DNA of 64,000 nt from Geosiphon pyriformis uo1 (lineage: Eukaryota; Fungi; Glomeromycota). The stretch covers positions 26,820-90,819 of the forward strand of contig JAAOMT010000460.1 in NCBI GenBank assembly GCA_016748015.1. Direction: 5' to 3'. Positions within the stretch are counted from its first letter, which is position 1. Every line of letters begins with the position of its first letter. The notes under the pieces were generated by a model. That model ran no database searches. It worked only from the letters and a program-made list of their open reading frames with translations, and was not told the origin of the DNA. Positions 25,357-36,010 of this stretch are shown here, piece by piece. The translations under genes and the position numbers were made by a program.

Positions 25357-28300
25357 TAATTTTTTTTCAAGACTAAGCTCTGTTAAAGTTTAAGTACTAT
25401 TTGTAATATCTAAATAATAATCTAGTATTATTAAAGTAATTTAGTCTGAAAATTATTAAAATTTTAGTTATATGAACTTATTAATATATTGTATCTTTAT
25501 TGGTTAAAATATTGAACTTTATAAGACATTTTTGCAAGTATTAAATAGGTATGAAGTCTAAAAACTATTCTGAGTTTGTAATATGTATTTGTTAATTCAG
25601 TTGTTATCTTAAATTTATGGTGTATTTGTTTTTATATAACTTTGAGAGTAAAATTAATTGTTTTAAGTTTTAGTTTTTATTAATGCAGTATTTTTTTAAT
25701 TTGCAAATATTAATAAATAGTAATATATTTACTGTTTTTATTAAAACACAGTTGAAGTTTTTGTTGTATTGTGACATTTAGAAAAATATTAATAGAAATA
25801 AGGTTTTTTTTAAAGCTTGCTTTAAAAGTTTTGGTAAGTAACTTTTAGAATAACTTTTTGTGTTTTATAAAAATAAAAATTTGATAATTATTTATTACTG
25901 AAACTTAGTTTTTTTCTGACTGTAATTGATTTTATTTTCATTAATTGTTATAGATAGGTCAAAAAGTGGTTTCAAAGTTAACATTAATTTTTGGGCTAAT
26001 TGTTAAATATTTCAGAAAATAAGTATTATAAAGTTTAAATATAAAAATAATAAAAGTTGATAAAAACAAAAGAATAAAATAAAATTATTTTTGGTATATA
26101 AATTTTTATATATTTTTTGGTTTAAATATTTTTTAATAGTTATTTTACAATTTTATTTAACATTTTTGTGTTTATTTTAAAGGAAATACTAATATAAAAA
26201 TAATTTAAATGTTCAGATTTGATTTTTATTCTATTATAACTATTGGTTTTAAGTTTTGAAGAATATTTTTAAAGTTAATTAAAAGAGAATATATATTAAT
26301 TTGTAAAATTAATGATTTTGGATTGGTTCTAGAATGATAATATTTTAATTAATTTCTATATACAACTTTTGCTAATATTTTGTTATTAAATCTTAACTTT
26401 TATAATCTATTTTCTAGGATTTCATAAATATAAAATAATCTATCTTATTTGTAATTAAATTTTCTATTCTATTGTTTTTCAGCTTTAATTCTGTATAAAA
26501 AAACTTTATTTTTAATTTTAAATTTTTTAGTAATAAGTAGTAATCTGTTATTGTGCTGTTTTTTTTGTTGTGCTTAAAAGTGTTTAATATAGTAACTGTA
26601 TTTTATTATTTTTTTTAGCATGTTAAAAAGAATATAGACTTTTTATTTAAGTGTTTTTTGAAAGTTTTTTTCTGTAATTGGTTACAAATATGTTTCCATA
26701 ATAAAATTTATTGATAATCTTGCTATTTTTTTATAAGATAAGTTAAATAGTATGTGTTTTATTGTATTTTAGTGTTCTATATATTAATAATACTGATAAA
26801 ATAAATATATCTTATTTCTGTTTAAAGTCAGTTGAAACTTTAGTTAATAATTCACATAGTGTTTAGTTAAATTATTCAATTAACTTATTTGTTTATAAGT
26901 AATAAGGTAATAATAATAATTATTTGACATTAAATTATTTACAAATTTTTTGTATTAAATTGTTTACAAAATGTGTTTTTTGATTAAATAAAAGTTTACT
27001 TAAGCATTTATGTTTATAAATAATGTTTTTGTAGATAAAATTTGCTACTAACTTTACATCTGTTTTTTAAATAACTTTAACTTTAAACCATTTAGTAAGA
27101 TAATCTATTGTTATTATAATGTAATGGTTTTTTTGAATTGTAATAGATAGTAATTTAATTAAATTGATATCAATTTTGTCAAAAAATTGTTCTAATTTGA
27201 TTGAATTTAAAGGTTTTGTAAGGTAAGTTTCTTTTTTTTTTTTACAACTATTACATAATTCTACATATTGTTGTTTAAGTGTTCTTTAAATTGTATTATT
27301 TTTTCCTAAATATATTGATAATAAGTCTGTATACATGTTGTAAAAAATAGTTTTTTTCTTGTTTTTTTGTATTACTTTAGGTAAATTGGTTGGATTTCTA
27401 TGATTCAATAAAATTTTTTGTTGTAATATAAGAAATATTGTTTAAATTGGTGTTGTAATTGGTTTTTTTACTTAAAGATTAATTTTATAATATAATAAAA
27501 ATTTCTAAATAGTTTTTGATATTGTTATAGTTTTTAATATCTATTGTTTGTTAATTGTTATTGTTAAATTAGTGAGTTATTAATTTTAATTCTAATTTTG
27601 CTTTATTCTTAAAAAACTATTTACATTGGTATGTAATTTTTTTGGTTTATAGTAAATAATATACTTATAATTAGCTAGAAAATCAGTCCATTAAAATTGT
27701 TTTGTACTAAGTTCTGAATTTTTTTTGTTGAATTATTTGAAACCGATATTGTTAGTAATAATATCAAATTTTTTTCTTTTTTATAGATACTGTTAAAAGT
27801 ATTTAAAAGCTTAAATAATAACTATTGGTTTTAATTTAATAGATTTATATTTTATTTCTTTGGATTTAAAAATTCTACTGGTATAAATAATAACTTGTTT
27901 ATTGCTATTTTTATCTAATTATAATAAAATACTACTAAATACTATATAAAAAGCATTAATGGCTAATTAAAACTGTTTATTAAAATTAGAATAGGTAAAA
28001 ATTAAAGCTGTTGTCAGTTTTTTTTTAGAGTATTAAAAGTCTATTGATATTTAATATTTTTGTTGATTAAATAATTGAATGATTTGGCAATTTTCGAAAA
28101 TTTTTTAATAAATTTTTAATAGTAAAAAGCTAATCCAATAAATTTTTTTAATTTAGTGGTATTTTGGAAAATTTTAAAATTTTTTATAGTATTAATTATT
28201 TTTGGATTGAGTTGAACTTTATCTTTGCTAATAAAAAAAGTTATAAAATATTGATAATTCAGCAATAATTTTGACTGTATCTGTTGCGGTCTGCTCTCAA

Positions 28301-28802
28301 TCTTGGACTTCAAAAAACTCACCATAAAAGAAGAATAAATAACATGTTTAAAAAAAAATAAGCTTGTTTTTTTGAAGTGGTATTTCTCAATGTTTAACTT
28401 TAATTCTGTTTTTTATAATTATTGAAAAACTTTTTATAAGTAAATAAAATAAGCTTCAAAAATTAAAAAGTAAATATTAGTATTATTCAAATAAACAATT
28501 ACTAATTGTTATAGAAGCTTTTTGTATACAATATTTATAAGTTATTAAAATATTGCTGCTGTATTGCAAAGTCTAAAGTTAAAAAAAACTTGGCTATTTT
28601 TAAGACATTTAGTATGTTGTTAATTCTTGGAAGAGAATAATTTTTTTTAATTATTATATTATTGAGTTAACAATAATTAACATAAAATCTGATTTTCCCA
28701 TTTTTTTTTGACTAAAACTACTAATAAGACCTAAAAACTTTTTAATAGTTAAATAAAACTATTATTAAGTATTTATTGAACTTTTTTTTGATAAATTGGT
28801 GG

Positions 28803-29634
28803 TATTACTCATAAAAAAGAAACAAATATAGGAAAATAGTAGATCAATAGAAAAATAGTATTTAGCACGTGAGCACATTGCTTAGCAATATAGAGCAATA
28901 TTAGAAAATTAGGGCACATTGTTTAGTAATGTGAGCATTGCTCAAAAAATCATAACACATTGCTCAAGAATGTAAGTGATCTCATAAAACATTAATTATA
29001 TATATAGCAATAACATTAGAAGTAGAGAAATGAGAATTCTCTCATTAAAGACCTCTTAGTTTAGATTTTATCTAAGCAACTTTCCATTCACAAATATTAA
29101 TAAATAATTATTCACCATTTCAATCCACTCTTCACTATCAACACTTCATGTTGATAGCAATTGATATTTAACCACACTGAAACAATAGCTCTTGATCATG
29201 GCTATAGATGGATACTAACTTGCACATTGTCTTGGCTCATTTTTTTATTTTCTTTTATTTTTCTTTTCTTGATTTTATTGTTGTATATTAACTGATTAAG
29301 GATTAAAACACTGAGTAATTGACGTTATGAATAGCCTGGTAAAAAACCCAGAAATAAGAATAAAATTATATATATATTAATAGATAGCTTACCAGAAAGA
29401 CACAACTGTCAAAATAAACTGGCCACCAAGTTGAAAACAGAAATTGGGAACACCACACACCAACCAACTACTTCATCATCGAATCTCTGTTCATTATACA
29501 AAAGACTCTCAATCAAACTCTTCAGATAAAAACAATATACCAATATTACCACCATCATCCATCAGAATAAAGAACTGAGCACCAGATTATGGATTTGTTA
29601 TTTGATTTGAGACCCCAAATAATCATCTATAACA
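28803..29634 (+). repeat. 5' LTR of element A (832 bp)
   Basis: Begins tattac (decayed TGTTAC) and ends ataaca; matches 47881-48794. Confidence 0.92.
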
Positions 29635-29636
29635 TT

Positions 29637-29653
29637 TGGTGCTTCTTGTAAGG
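29637..29653 (+). promoter_or_regulatory. Primer-binding site of A (TGGTGCTTCTTG...)
   Basis: TGG-starting motif 2 nt after the LTR. The cognate tRNA was not identified. Confidence 0.8.
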
Positions 29654-29676
29654 TATAATCCTACAGAGAACTAAAA

Positions 29677-31750
29677 GTGGCAGAATCAGAAATCATAGGG
29701 ACAAACCATTTAGGATTTGCCAAATCTTTATTTCAACAGTACAGCCAACAATTAAGCTTAACCAACAACTATTATTCAGCAGAATCCACTTTCAACTTTT
29801 ACATCAATGAAAAGATCACAGACTGCCTAGGAGGAACAGTTAATATTGAATTAGCAAGAGAAAACTTTTATAAAGAATTATTTCAACATACCAGTTTACC
29901 AAGAAACTACAGTTTTGTACCAATCATCAGGGAAATTAATCAAACCATTGAAAAGTATACCTAACAACAATTCCCCATTACCTACTCAGACAAAGGCAAA
30001 GAAAAATTGCAAATTCCAGCAGTAACACTAAAACAAATACAACCACCTAATTAGAAAAAAACCCGAATTAAATCACTCACCAATCCATCATACCATTATA
30101 TACCAAGAAGCACCATCAACATCTTATCAACAGGTGTATTCACATTACACGTAACATTAACATTTAGCCGACTCCCATTCCAAAGTAAACAAAAGAAAGC
30201 AGAGTTATTAGGAACTTACAGCAATTATTTTGAAGGATTTAAATCATGATTACCAACGCCATCAGGATTCCAATCACTACCACTTCAACCAGATTTCAGA
30301 AACACAAGTCCTTAGAAAATAATAGAATCAGAAGAAGAAGAAGAAGAAGAAAAAGAATCTGAAGATCAAGAATTTACTTACCAAAACCTGATCACGGAAA
30401 ACTCAGAATTTGGAACCCCGAATCTTCAAACTCAGCAAACTTCAAATTTAGAAAATCCGAAAATTGAAACTCTGAATTTTCAAACACAGCCCAATCAGAA
30501 CGCTCAAAATCCCGACTTTAATAATCAACAACACTTACCTCCAGTAATCGTGATCAATCCACCATTAGCTCCACCAAATGCCCAAGAGCAACAACAGCCA
30601 CAACCACTACTTCAACAACAAATTCAGCAGCAACCACAACCCAACTTAGATCCAATGGCATATGCACCAATAGCCAAACTCGAAAAATTCACCAGTGAAG
30701 AAAACAATGCCCAAGTATGGCTAAATAATGTGGAGAAAGCCATTGCAACTAATGGATAGAATAATGCCAGAGTCATGCAAGCCATCCCATATTTTCTCCA
30801 AGATACTGCCAATTCCTGGTATCAAAGCCTAGTCAACAAATCCCAAGATTTTAATGCATTTAAAATTGAGTTTTTAAGATATTTCAACAACAATAACAGC
30901 ATTAACAGACTAGCAAACATCTTCACTACTATCAAACAAGAAGAAAATAAAGCAGTCACTACTTACTTAGGATGCTTCCACAGGAATCTGCATCAGATTC
31001 AAGCCATTGATGCCAATTATTTTATAGTGGCCTAGATCCTGAATCAGTTTATTTGTGGAATATGCAGTAGTATTCTGCAACACATATGTCCAATGCATCC
31101 TGTCAATTTGCAAGCAGCCGTTACAAGCACCAGAGATTTTAAAGCAACTGAATTAGAAATCAACTATGCCCAAGCCATTAATCTAGTAATGAATGAATCA
31201 TCTGAATTAGATTCCAAATTGAAACAATTTAGTGATTCCATCAATCAGAAATTAAAGGGATACTTAGCTAACAATTGCACAATTTATCAACCACCACAAC
31301 AATGCAATAATTTCAGAAATGCAAATTATTTCCAGAATCAGTTGCATCCATCATCATTGACCAATCAACAGTGGCAACAGGAAACATGTGTTTGCCACTA
31401 TTGTGGTAAACAAAGACACCTACAAATCAATTGCCACCAACACTTAAATCACCAACAATTGGAAAATCAATATCGAAACTCTGATCACCAGTTTCAAATT
31501 CCAAATAACCCACCAAACTTAGAGCCATATCATCAGAATTACTTACCTATAACACAGCAGCCACCTTATCAACCACCAGTATATCAAATGCCAATTTATC
31601 AACCAATGACACTGGCAATTTATCAGCCACAGCCACAACCCATTTATTTACCACAGCCTCAGATAATATATCAGCCCCAACAAATTCAAACACCACCACA
31701 GAACTTACCACAAAATAAAACTCAAAGGCTGAGATTGACCCAACAAAGCT
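29677..31750 (+). pseudogene. Element A Gag: Met-free N-terminal extension, capsid (MAYAPIAKLEKF...), CCHC knuckle, Q/P-rich tail
   Basis: ORFs 29677, 30550, 30775 and 31093 share one frame. CHYCGKQRHLQINC knuckle. First in-frame ATG at 30655. Confidence 0.85.
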
Positions 31751-32959
31751 TGTAACTATATAAAGCAACTGGCATGGAATTGGCCATTCCACTTATAAGC
31801 CCAACAGTTCAAATTATAGGAGATAATTTAAAGATAAATTCAATTACTAGAGGTCCAACTACTTCCTAGAAACGTGAATTCACAGCAAATCAACATTAAC
31901 AACATTCAAGAAAAGAGACCAAAAACCTCCAGTAACAACAATGATATGTAGATTGTTGTGGTATAGTGTAAGAATTATACATGGTGGTGCTGGTGGATAT
32001 TGATTCTTCTTTCTTCTCTTTTCCTTTTTCTTTTGACTTTTCTTCCCATTCCCAAGCTGGTTCTTCTAATTTATAGTTGGTTTCCCAGTTTTAGTTGGCA
32101 TTCTAGGTAAATTCTTTTTTCTACTTTCCTTTGCTATTGTCATCTCACAAAGGTACTGACAGCAGCTCATTGTGTTCTGTGTTGGCCCAGAAAACTTGGT
32201 AGGCTTCCCAGGTAAGTTTTTTCTCTTCTTCCTTAAATTCGATGAGTGGTGTTGTCAAATTAGTGGTCTTGAAATGGCCACACATGGCTGGTACATGTGT
32301 GTGTCAACTATTTTGGCTCAGTTGGAGCTCCTGCATTGTTCAGTCTAATATGGCGTTGGTTTTAGATAACCAATCATTCTCTACTAATGCCTGATATTGG
32401 GTTGCTTTTATCACTAGAACTTTGATGGGAATGATGATGCCATTGACTTCAAAAAGGAAGTCATCAATCTCACCAATAGGAGTTTTGGTTGCTTCATCAG
32501 CAGTTATGATCCTGGCACTGGCAGCATGATCAACTTGGTGACCTAATTGGTCCATGAGTTGTTTTGTAATGATGCTGCCAGCTAATCCACTGTTTAAAAT
32601 CAGTTTAATGAAGTGACCATTAACTTTGGCATCAATGTACATGACAGTAATAGGTTTTTTTTCTAGAACAGCTCTACTAAATAACGGCATGGTTGATGAT
32701 TCTTCAAGTTCAAATGGGAAGATGGTATTCAGAGATTCATTCTTAGTAATAGTAGCTGGCGGAATGTTGCTGGTAAGTGTTGGGTGTTGGTTGGTTTTTG
32801 GGTTATTGGGTTGAGCGTTTTTTGGGGTGACCAGTAGACTTAAATAGTTTTGAGAATTCAGATTTTGGGCATACCTGGTGCCCGAATTCCATTGTCAAGA
32901 TTTTGTTGGTTGTGTAGAAGAACTGGGGATCAGTTGGTAAACTACCATTGACAATCTCC
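31751..32959. other. 1209-bp inversion containing the distal 187 bp of B's 3' LTR and A's protease region
   Basis: 31751-31937 is the reverse complement of about 41670-41856. Re-inverting restores both the B LTR (gttac[a/g]|ttgtag) and the A frame (QQS-WRLSMVV). Confidence 0.9.
31942..32959 (-). pseudogene. Element A aspartic protease region (inverted relative to A)
   Basis: IKLILNSGLAGSII (decayed DSG motif) and YQALVENDWL flap/C-terminal motif in ORF 32340-32690. Confidence 0.85.
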
Positions 32960-33744
32960 TTGTAGTAAATGTCAACTCTTTCCCAGGAATTGCTTATCTG
33001 GAAGCTCACTAAAAATATGTAGTTACTTTGCTATGAAAGTCAACTCTTCTACAGGAATCTTGTCTGTAGGCTACTCTAATAATTGTAATAAGAAAAAATA
33101 AATAAAAGAAATATAAAGAAAATTGAACTCTGTTAAGGGAAATGTTTTCTATCCAGGCCTGGAGTCACTAACAGTTTTACTGAAATTGGTAGCTAATCAA
33201 TTTCAAAATGTTAGTTGGGTTTTGGGAATTTTTCAAGTGCAATAATTAAAGAATGTGGTTTTTCAAATTATTTGATATTTATTTCTTTTTGTGTGTGTAG
33301 AAATAGTTCTAAGTAATAAATCTAAAGTAAGATACATTTTCTCGAAGAGGGAAGCTTTTCTTTTATACAACTTGTTATAAAACTATTCTATGAACTTGAA
33401 TTTTGCTATTTTCTACAATTTTGTTGAACTAAAGATACATTTCAGCAAACTATAAGTTATTTCTGCAAACTATTAGATATTTTGAACTATCAATTATTTT
33501 AGCAAATTTCTACAAATTTGGGCAAACTTTTTGAATGTTACATAGTTCGGAGTATTGCATGATTGATCATTGCAATTAGATTACATTTATGTTATATGCA
33601 AATTGAGTTATTAATTAAATGATAATTTCAGACATTTTGCTAATGTAATAAGTGATAATTTGAATGATAATATATGCTAATTAATAATAGAAATTATAAA
33701 GATAATTTTATGCTAAATAATATCTCTAATTTTGTCTGGTAATA
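32960..33744 (-). repeat. 3' LTR of element B (non-inverted part)
   Basis: Matches about 41857-42643, with differences that are almost all transitions. Confidence 0.92.
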
Positions 33745-34432
33745 TAACCTCCCCCTCAAGACTGAGCTCCGTCAAAGTCCAAGTACTGTCTGTTATTTCC
33801 AAATAATAATCCAAAATTATTGAAGAAATTTGGTCTGAAAATTGTTGAAATTTCAGTTTTGTGAGCTTTCCAATGTATTGAATCTTCAAAGATTGTAAAA
33901 TTGGGTTTTGTAGGACGTTTTCACAGATGTGAAATAGGTCATAAAGTCTAAGAGCAGCTCTTAATTTATAGCAGCTGTTTGTAGATCCAGCTGTTATCTT
34001 GAATTTGTTGTGGAGTTGTTTTTGAATAGCTTTTTTTGTGAGATTTGCTGCTATAAGCTCCAGTTTTTGTTTGTGAAGTGTTTTTCTAATGTAGAAATAT
34101 CTATATATTGGGGGATATTTGCTGTTTTCTTCATTAAGACACAGTTGAAGTTTTTGTTGAATAGTAGTATTTGGCGGAATACTAATAGGGGTGAACAATA
34201 AGTTTTCCCTTAAAGCAAGCTTTAAAAGTTCTGGTAAATAAATTCCAAAATAACTTTTTGTGTTCTTTCTATAAGAGTAATACTTTCATGAATTTGGAGT
34301 TAGATTTGTAACTACTTCTGTTTGGGTATAATTAATATGTTTTCCAGTGATAGTAATAGATAATTCAGATATTGTTTTTAAAGCTAACATTAATTTTTGA
34401 GATAACTGTTGAATATTTTGAGGAATAGTCAT
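33713..34432 (-). pseudogene. Element B ORF3, uncharacterised accessory protein (about 239 aa, one internal TGA)
   Basis: ATG at 34432 (MTIPQNIQQLSQKLMLAL) is in frame with track ORF 33713-34198. It reads through the PPT into the LTR and is homologous to A ORF3. Confidence 0.75.
33745..33760 (-). promoter_or_regulatory. Polypurine tract of B
   Basis: Minus strand reads cttgagggggaggtta immediately before the LTR. Confidence 0.85.
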
Positions 34433-34575
34433 TATAATGAAATTGGAAAAATAAAATTGAAATTATTTTTGGTATGTGAGTTTTTATGTTATTTTTGTTT
34501 TTTAGTGTGCTTTGTTTTGTTTTTGTTGTGACATTTTTTCTAAATTATAAGGGAATAACTATATTAAAATTAAAA

Positions 34576-35961
34576 TTAAGTGTTCAAGTTGAGGGGTTGT
34601 TCAATAACAATTATTGGTTCTAAGTTTCAGGGAATATCTTCGGAATTGATTAAAGGAGAATGTGTACTAATTTGTGGAATTAATGGTTCAGGATTGTTTC
34701 TGGAATTATAGTGTTTCAAACGATCTTCATGTACAACTTTTGCTAGGATTTTGTTATTAAGTCTTAGCTTGTATAATCCATTGCCTAGAACTTTATGAAT
34801 AAAAAATGGCCCATCCCATTTATTTTTGAATTTTCCACTCCATTGTTTTTTAGCTTTAGTTCTGTGTAAGAGAACTTTGTTTCCAACTTTAAATTCATTG
34901 GTGATTAAAGGCAATTTGTTGTCATGCTGTTTTTTTTGTTGAGCTTGGAAGTGTTCAATATGAGTGGCTGCTATTTGTTGTTTTCCTTCCAACGTGTTAA
35001 GCAGAGTGTAGGCTCTTTGTTGAAATGTTTTCTGGAAATTGTTTTTATCAATTGGTTGTGCTGGGTATGTTTCCACTGTGAAACTAATTGGTAATATTGC
35101 TGTCTTTCCATAAGTTAAATCAAATGGTGTGTGTTTTATGATATTTTGTTTTAGTGTTCTGTATGCTAGTAACACTGATGGAATAAAGATATCCCATTCT
35201 TGCTCAAAATTGGTTGAGACTTTGGTTAATGATTCACACAATGTTCTGTTAAAACATTCTACAAGTCCGTTTGTCTGTGGATGATAGGGTGAAGACAGAG
35301 GTCTTTTGACATTGAATTGTTCACAGATTTCTTGAATTAAATTGTTTACAAAATGTGTTCCTTGATTGGATAAAAGTTTGATTGGGCATCCGTGTCTACA
35401 GATAATGTCTTCATAGATGAAATTTGCTACTGATTTTGTATTTGCTCGTTGAATGGCTCTGGCTTTAGGCCATTTAGTGAGATAGTCTATGACTACTGCA
35501 ATATAACAGTTTTCTTGGTTTGTAATAGGTAGTGGTCTGACTAAATCAATACCAACTTGGTCAAAAGGCTGTCCAACTTTGATTGGGTTTAAAGATTCTG
35601 TAGGGTGAGTTCCTCCTCTTCTTTGACAACTATCACAAGATTTAACATATTCATGAATGTTTTTTCTTATTCAAGGCCAAAAGTAATATTCTAGTGTTCT
35701 CTGAGTAGTGCTGTCTTTTCCTAGATGTGCTGATGAAAAGTCCAAGTGCATGTTGTATAAAATAGTTTCTTTTTTATGTTTTTGTATTAATTTGAGTGGA
35801 CTGTCTGGGTTTCTGAAGTTTTGATAATAAATAATGTTGTTGTGTAAGAAGTATTGTTTGGCTTGTTGTTGTAACTGACGTTTTTTATCTGAGAACCAAT
35901 CTGTTGGAATTGTTAATGTCTCCAGATATTGTTTAAAATTGTTGTAGTTTTCGGGATTCAT
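34576..35961 (-). pseudogene. Element B integrase, separate ORF (461 codons)
   Basis: Own ATG (MNPENYNN). HHCC region (MHLDFSSAHLG...CDSC), IDLV, DQGTHF, NGLVE, GPF motif, C-terminal LEPIIVIE. No chromodomain is seen. Confidence 0.88.
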
Positions 35962-36010
35962 TGTTTGTTGTTTTGTTGCTGTTAATTCAAATGGGTGTTG
36001 GTTCTGTTTT

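Noticed and set aside
33713-34432. ORF3 as an envelope gene
   Set aside because: It is short, with no evident signal peptide, transmembrane anchor or Cys pattern.
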